Source: an uncultured virus (IMG/VR IMGVR_UViG_3300035698_005065) (lineage: Duplodnaviria; Heunggongvirae; Uroviricota; Caudoviricetes). Taken from it: a DNA stretch of 20,000 nucleotides. Where the stretch lies: IMG/VR virus record IMGVR_UViG_3300035698_005065; one strand, written 5' to 3'. How positions within the stretch are numbered: the stretch's first letter is position 1; each line of letters starts with the position of its first letter. The notes beneath the pieces are model-generated. The model saw nothing but the letters and a program-made list of their open reading frames with translations, was not told the origin of the DNA and did no database searches. Made by a program: the position numbers and the translations under genes. Positions 1 to 7,971 of this stretch are shown in pieces.

Positions 1-2
1 AC

Positions 3-218
3 ATGCTGCCCCGCGTCATCGAAGCGGTCAGGCCATGGCTGCGCGATAACGTCACTGATCTACGCTTCTGGGACGCGGCGCATGACACGACGCACACAGG
101 AGAGGTGGACCTGCCAGTGTCAACCAAAGACGAGAGAGCCGCGATGCTGGAACGCTACGCGGCGTTAAGCGAAGGAACCGCGCAGAAGGCGCCCGCAACC
201 GACAAAGAAACAGAATGA
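3..218 (+). CDS. hypothetical protein (may begin upstream of the window)
   Basis: ORF whose stop overlaps the next start (ATGA at 215-218); no recognisable motif. Confidence 0.6.
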   Translation: MLPRVIEAVRPWLRDNVTDLRFWDAAHDTTHTGEVDLPVSTKDERAAMLERYAALSEGTAQKAPATDKETE

Positions 219-1015
219 AATCATTACACATAGTCACAACCTTAAACGGAGACCTGGAGAACGCTGCCACTTCTGCGCACTCAAGCTACCACGCAGCCAT
301 GGACGCCGTCCGCAGGGCCCTCACGCTAGACCCGGGCGACCCGCTGCCTGAAGTTTTCCGCGAACCTGACCGCGCGCAAGGGAGTCTGACCTACACCGGG
401 GACCCTAGCGGCACCTGCGTCGTATACACCGTCACGCAGCCGCCCCCGGCGGTTACCGATCTTCCGTCGTTCGAGGACCTTAAGGGACTGTCGCCGTTGA
501 ATCGTAACAAGGAGGGCTTCATCGTATTGCAGCAGGCCTTGAAACATGGGCGCGTGTTGATGACTCCTACGACCCTCCGCGCTTCAGCGGAGGAGGTCTC
601 AACTCTCTGTGTCATCACTGACGCGCCGGACGGTAAGGGCCAAGTGCACATCCCCATCGCTGTGATGCTGACGGGTGACCCATTCGTCCTAGTCGGAGCT
701 ACGAACGACGATAAAGCGGAAAGCCCCGTCGAGCAGGGACACGGCACGCCGTGGCCCACGTTCTACTTCGCCGGGGATCTCTTTTCCGGCGAAGTGTCTG
801 ACGTCGAGACATTGCGCGCGTGGGTTGACGCCTATGATCTGGCAAGCGAGGATGACTTGGTCCAGTTAATTTCAGGAGTCGGTAGGATTCCTGGGACGGA
901 CGCGCCCAAGTTTGGGGCGCGCTGGGGGGGAGACGCTGCTGCCACACTCCTTACTTACCTGAGGAAAGCTGGCGTTTATGAATTCCTCGTGCACTTCGTC
1001 ACGAATCGCCCGTAA
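215..1015 (+). CDS. hypothetical protein, central segment DUF6117-like
   Basis: 266 aa ORF in the gene train; segment FIVLQQALKHGRVLM...STLCVI...HIPIAVMLTGDPF resembles my recollection of DUF6117 (weak, unsearched). Confidence 0.7.
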   Translation: MKSLHIVTTLNGDLENAATSAHSSYHAAMDAVRRALTLDPGDPLPEVFREPDRAQGSLTYTGDPSGTCVVYTVTQPPPAVTDLPSFEDLKGLSPLNRNKEGFIVLQQALKHGRVLMTPTTLRASAEEVSTLCVITDAPDGKGQVHIPIAVMLTGDPFVLVGATNDDKAESPVEQGHGTPWPTFYFAGDLFSGEVSDVETLRAWVDAYDLASEDDLVQLISGVGRIPGTDAPKFGARWGGDAAATLLTYLRKAGVYEFLVHFVTNRP

Positions 1016-1017
1016 CT

Positions 1018-1551
1018 ATGAGCGAATATTACGCACTAGAGATGGCGCCCGACCGTCCCGACGACCACTTCGAGAACGGGATTGGGTCGGTCGGCAGTTT
1101 CCGTGAGATGATACGCTTACGGGACGCCTACCGTGCGCTCGGAGGTCTTTCGGACCCTGACTCTTGCCGCGTCGAAGCCATCACATCGTGCGGTCTGACT
1201 TTAGGTGCCGAGGACACGATGTTACTGCTGGAAATGGATCACGTCCTTCTCGAGGCGATGCTGGGCGTGGAAGATCGCACCCGCGGGCATAGCGCGAAGG
1301 ATGAGCTGGCGTCCAAGCGTGCTTCCTTCTTTCGTAGCAAGGCGCGCGAGGCGCTGATCGCCTACGTTACGCAATGCGTGACGCCGGTGAGTCTACGAAG
1401 GTTGGATCGTCACGGTTACGTGCTGGTGGAATTCTACTTGAAGCGCTACGCGTTGTTCAACGCGGATCCGCTTGCGGCCCCGACCGAAGAAACCCTGTCT
1501 CCGGTCAACCCGAAGTTGGCCGCCAAACTCAAAGAAATATGTCAAAAATAA
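1018..1551 (+). CDS. hypothetical protein
   Basis: 177 aa ORF starting 2 nt after the previous stop. Confidence 0.75.
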   Translation: MSEYYALEMAPDRPDDHFENGIGSVGSFREMIRLRDAYRALGGLSDPDSCRVEAITSCGLTLGAEDTMLLLEMDHVLLEAMLGVEDRTRGHSAKDELASKRASFFRSKAREALIAYVTQCVTPVSLRRLDRHGYVLVEFYLKRYALFNADPLAAPTEETLSPVNPKLAAKLKEICQK

Positions 1552-2093
1552 CCATACCACCCGCCCTCTCTTCCGAAACCGTGATGCGAGAGGAAGGCTG
1601 GCTCACCCTGCGCGAGCTGCTCGACTCATCCCCTGCCATTGCTGACGCGATGCGATTAATCTCCGAGGAGGACTACCTATACCTCTACGAAGAGCTGGAG
1701 GGGTCCGGCGCGGAGTTCTTCAATCAGGAGCTGCGCGAGTTTAGCAACGCATCCGACTGGTCCGATCTTCACGAGCAATCAGGCGTCCCGTATTACCCTC
1801 TTGGCTGGGGCATACCCACCGAGGTGCCTGTTAGCGTTGCGGACATTCTACGTGGGTTGAGAAACCTCATGCATGCGCTACTCACCCGGTCCCATCAACC
1901 CCTGCCGGCCTACGGATTCAACCTGTTCGTCGGTGACGCTTCGTCCCGCCGTATCACGCTGCCGCAAGACTGCGCGTTAGTGCGAGAGTTCGTAGGCGAC
2001 GGGAGACACGCCGCCGACTTTAAGAATTACCTGTCTGACTCCCACGACGTCGTGCTCTACCAGCACAAGGTTATCCTTGTCCCAAACAGGTGA
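1539..2093 (+). CDS. hypothetical protein
   Basis: In-frame ATG at 1539 (MSKITIPP) after A-rich AAAGAAAT, preferred over the 1374 start, which overlaps the previous gene heavily. Confidence 0.75.
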   Translation: MSKITIPPALSSETVMREEGWLTLRELLDSSPAIADAMRLISEEDYLYLYEELEGSGAEFFNQELREFSNASDWSDLHEQSGVPYYPLGWGIPTEVPVSVADILRGLRNLMHALLTRSHQPLPAYGFNLFVGDASSRRITLPQDCALVREFVGDGRHAADFKNYLSDSHDVVLYQHKVILVPNR

Positions 2094-2113
2094 ATCAATA
2101 ACGTCGACCAGTC

Positions 2114-2749
2114 ATGAAAACTGTTATAATAATGGATACGGAAACTACGGGCAGGCTAGAGAGCGACCCGCACATCGTCCAGATCGCGCTGCAGACTATA
2201 GCCTACTCGAAGACGGATTCGCCGGTCCTCATCCAAGAGAGGATGGCGATTTTGCGATGCCCAATCCCAATACCGAGCGGGGCAATGCGTGTTCACGGCA
2301 TCTCTGATGTTGCGGCGTCTCGGGGCTTCCCCGCCGCCGCTGTGCTTAAGTGGGTCGCCGGACAGGCCCAGCACGCTGACCTTCTGGTGTGTCACAACCT
2401 GAGATACGACCAGCCCGTCGTGGACGCCAACTTAAAACGGCTCGACAATCACGGACCGTGCGAGTGGAAGTCCACCTACTGCACAATGCTGGGGTCGAAG
2501 GACCTCTGCAAACTACCAGGTAAGTATGACGATTACAAATGGCCCGGATTAGCCGAGGCGCTTAAGATCCTGTGCGGGCACGACCTCCAGGGCGCGCACG
2601 ACGCGCTCGCTGACGTCCGCGGCACGCGTGTCTTACTGGACTACCTGGTGGACGCTGGCGCCGTCCCAGAGCTGAAAGGCTACATCGGAAGCACGCCTAG
2701 CGTTAAACCCCTAGAGGGCGAGGACTACGCGCCTCCCTTAGTCCCGTAG
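2114..2749 (+). CDS. DEDDh 3'-5' exonuclease (DnaQ/epsilon-like)
   Basis: ExoI MDTETTG, ExoII CHNLRYD, ExoIII AHDALAD motifs in order. Confidence 0.93.
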   Translation: MKTVIIMDTETTGRLESDPHIVQIALQTIAYSKTDSPVLIQERMAILRCPIPIPSGAMRVHGISDVAASRGFPAAAVLKWVAGQAQHADLLVCHNLRYDQPVVDANLKRLDNHGPCEWKSTYCTMLGSKDLCKLPGKYDDYKWPGLAEALKILCGHDLQGAHDALADVRGTRVLLDYLVDAGAVPELKGYIGSTPSVKPLEGEDYAPPLVP

Positions 2750-2770
2750 CGGGACTTAGCAATTCGACGA

Positions 2771-2808
2771 GAAACAGGGCGTCCCGCTAGGTCGCCCTGT
2801 TTCATTTA
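2771..2808 (+). terminator. probable intrinsic terminator
   Basis: Inverted repeat GAAACAGGGCG (2771-2781) / CGCCCTGTTTC (2793-2803) followed by ATTT, just after the exonuclease stop. Confidence 0.65.
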
Positions 2809-2819
2809 ACGATAACAAA

Positions 2820-2975
2820 ATGAATTCAAATAAACAATATAAACCAATCAAAGCCGCCGTGTCTCAGGGATACCTAACCAAGGTCGGGCGCTACTTCGAC
2901 GGACTCAAGCGGGAAACTCTCGCGCCGACGTGGTGGGTGGAGTCTCGTCTTACCGTAGTCGGAGGTGCTAAATGA
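2820..2975 (+). CDS. small hypothetical protein (51 aa, not in ORF track)
   Basis: ATG after AACAAA, translates MNSNKQYKPIKAAVSQGYLTKVGRYFDG...GGAK, ends in ATGA overlap with the 2972 start. Confidence 0.6.
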   Translation: MNSNKQYKPIKAAVSQGYLTKVGRYFDGLKRETLAPTWWVESRLTVVGGAK

Positions 2976-3226
2976 TGGGACAAGATAGCGAGTATCGTGC
3001 GTGGCTAGCTTACCAAGTGGGTCTCGTCTTGGGAGATTTACCGGATAGTCCCGAGGCGAGTCTCGCGCTAGGACGGGAGGTTAAGGTCGTCGCGGCGAAA
3101 CTTGCGGAGGAGGTCTGCGAAAACGGGATCAAGTCAAAAATACAGTATCTGATGACGCACGGTTTATCCGGGGACGACATCATAGAACTAACCAACCAAC
3201 CAAATGAAAATACTCACACCGATTAA
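2972..3226 (+). CDS. hypothetical protein
   Basis: 84 aa ORF, GGAGGT upstream, coupled to previous ORF. Confidence 0.65.
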   Translation: MMGQDSEYRAWLAYQVGLVLGDLPDSPEASLALGREVKVVAAKLAEEVCENGIKSKIQYLMTHGLSGDDIIELTNQPNENTHTD

Positions 3227-3515
3227 ATTCGCGTTCCACGAGGGCCCGCTACACACCCCGGCAGACGTCCGGGCTGCTGCCTGCATCCTAGGCGATATAA
3301 ACCCTGCTTGCGACGTCGTGCGATCCTTCACGCTGGAGAATGACGTGACGATGCGTGACGCTCTTAACCGAATATCGGTAGAGCTGGAGAACCTCCTGCG
3401 AGGGACTCAACTAAAATCCAGCGACTTTTCAGTGCGCGCTGACGTGCAGGAGGGATCTGATAATCGCTTCTGGAGTCGGCCGCAGAGTAAAGGGCGCCCC
3501 TACCGCCTAATTTGA
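3204..3515 (+). CDS. hypothetical protein
   Basis: 103 aa ORF preceded by AACCAACCAACCAA leader. Confidence 0.7.
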   Translation: MKILTPIKFAFHEGPLHTPADVRAAACILGDINPACDVVRSFTLENDVTMRDALNRISVELENLLRGTQLKSSDFSVRADVQEGSDNRFWSRPQSKGRPYRLI

Positions 3516-3546
3516 TAGGGGATCACAAAAACAAAAATAAAAAACA

Positions 3547-4056
3547 ATGAAAATTGAAGACATGTTTAATTACAAAAACTTATCAAAAAGGAAAGGAGCA
3601 GCGGTCGCTCAAATTCAGGAAATATGGGACGCCGGTTTCATGCATCGCGTGCAGGCCAAGACCACGGCTGAACTAATCTTAGGAGGCGGCGACGGCGACA
3701 GCTACATCGAGGTGATCGCTAAGGTGCACGCGGCCATCGCCGAGATGCCGACCGTGACCGACAAGGATGCGGACGAGCCAAGCGCGGCGCTGCACTACTT
3801 CCACCCCGCGGGGGACTGGTGGATCATCGCCAAAGACGTCCCCCTTACTAAGAAGGAGAAGTCCGCAGGAATGAGAGAGCAGTCTCAAGCATTAGGCTAC
3901 GCTCGTCTGTCCGGGATGCCCGAGTGTGCCGAATACGGTTACATCGATTTGGGAGGTATACTCGCAGCTGGCGGGTCGTTTCACACGGAGATGGACTACC
4001 ACTGGGACGCGTCCCAGACTATGAAATCCGTAATTGAGAAACTCTCCAAGTCATGA
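3547..4056 (+). CDS. DUF2958-like protein
   Basis: C-terminal LHYFHPAGDWWI...LGYARL...CAEYGYIDL...EMDYHW pattern recalled from DUF2958; A-rich leader. Confidence 0.7.
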   Translation: MKIEDMFNYKNLSKRKGAAVAQIQEIWDAGFMHRVQAKTTAELILGGGDGDSYIEVIAKVHAAIAEMPTVTDKDADEPSAALHYFHPAGDWWIIAKDVPLTKKEKSAGMREQSQALGYARLSGMPECAEYGYIDLGGILAAGGSFHTEMDYHWDASQTMKSVIEKLSKS

Positions 4057-4111
4057 ATTACCAGCTGAAGGAGTGGGGATCGCCCCGCTTACAAAACAAA
4101 CCTAGACGTAA

Positions 4112-4534
4112 ATGCGTAAAATAAGATTGTTACTAGTTGGCGGACGTCGCGGCCCCACGCTTGAAGCGGAGGATGGGAGCGACGCTGAAGTAAGAGCGCG
4201 CTACGTCGGCCTTCGCTCTATCGAAGATCGCAGGGTGAGCGGCGTCGTGTTCTACGACCGCGACCCCTACGTCGGCGTGGCGGACACATGGCCGAAGCCG
4301 GGGGACTGGGTTGCTTTCCTGTCCACTGGCGACGTGCTTGGGCACGTCGTAGACGTTACTGACGCGATCGTGACTTATCAAAAAGCGAACGATGTCGGTA
4401 AAGCCACTAACACATTCATCTGGGTCCACGAAGGGGGCCAGCTGAATACGATGCACACTTGGAAGACCCGGCGAAACGCGGGTCGTGAATTCAATGAATA
4501 TAAAGCTACCACTCATATTACCAACAACCAATAA
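4112..4534 (+). CDS. hypothetical protein
   Basis: 140 aa ORF in the gene train. Confidence 0.7.
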   Translation: MRKIRLLLVGGRRGPTLEAEDGSDAEVRARYVGLRSIEDRRVSGVVFYDRDPYVGVADTWPKPGDWVAFLSTGDVLGHVVDVTDAIVTYQKANDVGKATNTFIWVHEGGQLNTMHTWKTRRNAGREFNEYKATTHITNNQ

Positions 4535-4536
4535 AC

Positions 4537-4872
4537 ATGGAAGGATTAAACAAAAACATACCACAGGATCTGATCGACCGCATGAAATCTGCCGGGTGCG
4601 GACGCTTCACATTTTACGCAAGCGGCGGATCGGACGAAGGTTACTTCGACGTCGTCGGGTGGGAGGAGAGGAGCAACGTGTCCGTATTCCTGGACGAGCT
4701 CGTCGAAGCTATCGCGTCTGATTACAGCGTCGACGCCGCCGAAGGCGACTACGGGACCGACATTGAGTTTGACTTGCACGCTATGACCGCGACCCATAAG
4801 GAGTGGCATATGGAGGCGTCCTACGCAGAGCCCAGCACTCAACAAATCGCACCAGCGACGGAAGCGCCATGA
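4537..4872 (+). CDS. DUF6878-like acidic protein
   Basis: YASGGSDEG and EGDYG motifs; lies directly upstream of a DUF6915-like gene, its usual neighbour as I recall. Confidence 0.6.
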   Translation: MEGLNKNIPQDLIDRMKSAGCGRFTFYASGGSDEGYFDVVGWEERSNVSVFLDELVEAIASDYSVDAAEGDYGTDIEFDLHAMTATHKEWHMEASYAEPSTQQIAPATEAP

Positions 4873-5255
4873 CTCCGCTAAAACACGCTCAAAGTAGCGT
4901 TCGTAAATGGAAGGGGGAGGTGTTGGATTACCTGCCGATACATGAGTTTTTCGACGAGACTAAGCAATTCACCGGTGACTGGACGCACCGGGCCCTACGT
5001 CACCACTCCGCTGGCGTGCAGTGGGCTGTCGCCCTGTTCGGGCACGTTATCACCAACGCTGACGGCACCCTAGTTCCGGTGAAGATGGTGGCAGAGCAGC
5101 ACGTCACTGAGGACTGCGGGTTCGTTCCCACGCCGCAGGATTGGCTGCGGGGATTGGCTGATAGGTCAGAGCCTTGGATGCTGCGTGTCGATACTAAGTT
5201 GGTGACTGAGAGAATCCAGCCCGAGAATTCAAAGATGGGCAATCCATACGACTAA
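4869..5255 (+). CDS. DUF6915-like protein
   Basis: Start 4869 (ATGA overlap); MTPLKHAQSSVRKWKG..DYLPIHEFFDETK..HRALRHHS..AEQHVTEDCG..PTPQDWL matches the remembered DUF6915 pattern. Confidence 0.8.
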   Translation: MTPLKHAQSSVRKWKGEVLDYLPIHEFFDETKQFTGDWTHRALRHHSAGVQWAVALFGHVITNADGTLVPVKMVAEQHVTEDCGFVPTPQDWLRGLADRSEPWMLRVDTKLVTERIQPENSKMGNPYD

Positions 5256-5259
5256 TATT

Positions 5260-5499
5260 ATGCCAACACCTAAAAACATACCACCCCCACCACCGGACCG
5301 CGCAGAGCGCATGCTAAAGTTCTTCGCGTGCGAGCACTTGCCTACGAGCGCCTCGCGTAAAGTCGCAGAGGAGTTTCGGGCACTCGCGCGCATTATTGAT
5401 GCGCGCATCAAGCAGGGACCGGAGAGGACCGTGACTTTACGCAAGCTCCTCGAGGCTCGAGACGCCGCCGTGCGCGCAACCCTTAACCCAGGAGGATAA
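5260..5499 (+). CDS. conserved small helical phage protein, possibly Acb2/Tad1-hairpin related
   Basis: FFACEHLP...GPERTVTLRKLLEARDAAVRA motif of a widespread small phage family; the functional link is inference. Confidence 0.65.
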   Translation: MPTPKNIPPPPPDRAERMLKFFACEHLPTSASRKVAEEFRALARIIDARIKQGPERTVTLRKLLEARDAAVRATLNPGG

Positions 5500-5729
5500 T
5501 GAGCGACTTACCTTACGAGACGATCCCCCACCCGTTCAACAAAGGAGATAAGAGGCGCGTTTACGTGCTGCCGGTCATGACTCGCATAGAGTTAGAGGTC
5601 GACGACGACCTCGACCAATGCGAGATCGACTCTCTAATCAAGCGACTGCAGTCTCAAGAGATGCACCTGAGTTTGATAAGCGGCCGCTACAGAGCGCGGA
5701 GCTTAAAACCTACCAAAGACAACCAATGA
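5499..5729 (+). CDS. hypothetical protein
   Basis: 76 aa ORF, TAATG overlap upstream, ATGA overlap into paralog copy 1. Confidence 0.65.
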   Translation: MSDLPYETIPHPFNKGDKRRVYVLPVMTRIELEVDDDLDQCEIDSLIKRLQSQEMHLSLISGRYRARSLKPTKDNQ

Positions 5730-6187
5730 AATTAAAACAATCTGGGCCTCTTGCGCCCACCAATGAACCGTGGAATCTCATCCGCGATGCCATTTTCGAT
5801 CTTGGACTTCAAGAGCAGCAGGAGGGCGTGGAGATCGAGATGGAAAGTCGGGGAACGATGAACGAGTGGCACGATCAACGCGACGGCGCGTGTCACCAGT
5901 GCCTCGCCGGGTCTGTCATGTCCCGGCGCCTTGGCGTTAATACTGACGCCTCCGCTTTCCCGTTCAACTTCCCCGACGACGTGAGAGACAGGCTCTGCGC
6001 GCTGGACGATTTCCGCAACGGGGAGATTGGCTTCGCCTACCGCGAGCTGAAACTAGAACTCCCCTCCTCGATTCCTGAGCGCGTGTTTATCCCGGACTAC
6101 CACCACGGCCACGCCGCCTTCAAGGCATCCATGCTAAAACTCGCCGACCAATTAGAGGCGGCACAACCAACCAAAACCAAGCTATGA
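5726..6187 (+). CDS. WH-CxQC paralog family, copy 1 (6 aa insertion)
   Basis: ATG 5726 (MKLKQSGPLAP) in ATGA overlap; family motifs intact. Confidence 0.9.
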   Translation: MKLKQSGPLAPTNEPWNLIRDAIFDLGLQEQQEGVEIEMESRGTMNEWHDQRDGACHQCLAGSVMSRRLGVNTDASAFPFNFPDDVRDRLCALDDFRNGEIGFAYRELKLELPSSIPERVFIPDYHHGHAAFKASMLKLADQLEAAQPTKTKL

Positions 6188-6624
6188 TACTAGAACAATC
6201 CGGGGAACTCGCGCCCGCCAATGAACCGTGGACCCTCATCCGCGATGCGATCCACGACCTCGAACTTCAAGAGAAGCAGGAGGGCGTCGATGTCGATATG
6301 AGCGGCTGGCACGTTCCAATTATCAACGGCGCGTGTCACCAGTGCCTCGCCAGGTCTGTCATGTCCCGGCACCTTGGTATTGATACGGATAATCGCGCAG
6401 ACCCGTTCGACTACCCCGACGACGTAGCGGGCAGGCTCCGCGCGCTGAACTGGCTCAGCATCGGGGAGGTTAACGTTGCCTACCGCAGGCTGAAACTAGA
6501 GTTCCCCGATACGCTTCCTGAGCGCGTGCACATCCCGGGCTACCGCCACAGCCCGCCCGCCTTCAAGTCCGCTATGCTCGACCTCGCCGACCGATTAGAG
6601 TCGGCACAACCAGTCAACCAATGA
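6184..6624 (+). CDS. WH-CxQC paralog family, copy 2
   Basis: Family motifs, ATGA coupling. Confidence 0.9.
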   Translation: MILEQSGELAPANEPWTLIRDAIHDLELQEKQEGVDVDMSGWHVPIINGACHQCLARSVMSRHLGIDTDNRADPFDYPDDVAGRLRALNWLSIGEVNVAYRRLKLEFPDTLPERVHIPGYRHSPPAFKSAMLDLADRLESAQPVNQ

Positions 6625-7064
6625 AATTGAAACAATCCGGGCCTCTTGCGCCCGTCAATGAACCGTGGACCTTGATCCGCGACGCCATCCACGACCTGAC
6701 GCTTCAAGAAAAGCTGAAGGGCGTTAAGATTCGCATGTCTAATTGGCACTTACCAAGCGCCGGCGTGTGTCACCAATGTCTCGCCGGGTCTGTCATGTCG
6801 CGGCGCCTCGGCGTTGATACTAATGCTGACACGCGCCCACACGAATTACCAGACGTAGCGGCCAGGCTCCGCGCGCTGGAGGAGTTACGGTGCGGGGAGA
6901 TTAGAGCCGCCTACCACAAGCTGAAACTAGAGCGCCCCGCTTCGCTTCCTGTGCGCGTGCCTATCCCGAACTACCACCGCCGCGGTCCCTCCGCCTTCAA
7001 GGCAGCCATGCTAAAACTCGCCGACCGACTCGAGTTAGCGCAACCAGAACCAACCAAACCATGA
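6621..7064 (+). CDS. WH-CxQC paralog family, copy 3
   Basis: Family motifs, ATGA coupling. Confidence 0.9.
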   Translation: MKLKQSGPLAPVNEPWTLIRDAIHDLTLQEKLKGVKIRMSNWHLPSAGVCHQCLAGSVMSRRLGVDTNADTRPHELPDVAARLRALEELRCGEIRAAYHKLKLERPASLPVRVPIPNYHRRGPSAFKAAMLKLADRLELAQPEPTKP

Positions 7065-7507
7065 TACTAGAACAATCCGGGCCACTAGCGCCCGCCAACG
7101 AACCGTGGACCTTGATCCGCGACGCCATAAAAGACCTGGAACTGCAGGAGAAGCAGAAGGGCGTTAAGATCGAGATGGGCCGTTGGCACACCCCGTATCA
7201 TTACGGCAACGGCGTGTGTCACCAATGTCTCGCTGGGGCTGTCATGTCGCGGCGCCTCGGCGCTGATACTGACGCCTACATAGTTCCGACCAGCTTCCCC
7301 GCCGACGTTTTGGCCAGACTCGACGCGCTGGACGATTTACGCGGCGGGCATATTGGCGACGCCTACAGTTGGCTGGGACTAGAGCGTCCCTCCTCGATTC
7401 CTGAGCGCGTGTTTATCCCGCACTACCACTTCGGCCCAGCCGCCTTCAAGGCAGCCATGCTAAAACTCGCCGACCGATTAGAGGCGGCACAACCAACCAA
7501 ACCATGA
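7061..7507 (+). CDS. WH-CxQC paralog family, copy 4
   Basis: Family motifs, ATGA coupling. Confidence 0.9.
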   Translation: MILEQSGPLAPANEPWTLIRDAIKDLELQEKQKGVKIEMGRWHTPYHYGNGVCHQCLAGAVMSRRLGADTDAYIVPTSFPADVLARLDALDDLRGGHIGDAYSWLGLERPSSIPERVFIPHYHFGPAAFKAAMLKLADRLEAAQPTKP

Positions 7508-7935
7508 TACTAGAACAATCAGGGACACTCGCTCCCGCCAATGAACCGTGGACCCTCATCCGCGACGCCATCCACGACCTGACGCTCCAAGAGAAGCAGA
7601 AGGGCGTTGCGATCGATATGTTCGACTGGCACTACCCTCACGATACCGGGTGTTACCAGTGCCTCGCAGGTGTGGTAATGTCGCGCAGGCTAGACGCTGA
7701 TACTGATAACACCGCAAGCCCGTGCGGCTACCCCGACGACGTGAGAGACAGGCTCTACGCGCTGAACTCACTCCGCGGCGGGGCGATTGGCATCGCCTAC
7801 GATTATCTGGGGCTAAAGCGCCCCGCTTCTCTTACTGCGCGCGTAACTATCCCGGGCTACCACCGCGTCTCCCCAGCCGCCTTCAAGGCAGCCATGCTCA
7901 AACTCGCCGACCAACTCGAGGCGGCACACCATTAG
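7504..7935 (+). CDS. WH-CxQC paralog family, copy 5 (tail replaced, ends EAAHH)
   Basis: Family motifs; homology to other copies stops at GCGGCACA (~7928). Confidence 0.9.
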   Translation: MILEQSGTLAPANEPWTLIRDAIHDLTLQEKQKGVAIDMFDWHYPHDTGCYQCLAGVVMSRRLDADTDNTASPCGYPDDVRDRLYALNSLRGGAIGIAYDYLGLKRPASLTARVTIPGYHRVSPAAFKAAMLKLADQLEAAHH

Positions 7936-7959
7936 TCTCGCCTAAGCAGCGGCGCGGGG

Positions 7960-7965
7960 TAAAAT
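7960..7965 (+). promoter_or_regulatory. possible -10 element (TAAAAT) for a leaderless RNAP transcript
   Basis: TAAAAT at -12..-7 relative to ATG 7972; no SD; no -35 recognised. Confidence 0.3.
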
Positions 7966-7971
7966 AACCGC

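Larger units (their letters stand above)
5726..7935 (+). repeat. tandem paralog array A (copies 1-5, ~440 bp unit)
   Basis: Repeated DNA such as GAACCGTGGA..CTCATCCGCGA and CGCCTTCAAG...CTCGCCGACC at ~440 bp period. Confidence 0.97.

Noticed and set aside
4072..4089. Terminator hairpin AGTGGGG-atcg-CCCCGCT
   Set aside because: Short stem with a wobble and no U-tract on the coding strand
6340..6380. Copy 2 as a pseudogene (CLAR and SRHLG instead of CLAG and SRRLG)
   Set aside because: Frame, coupling and WH/CxQC are intact; two substitutions are not enough
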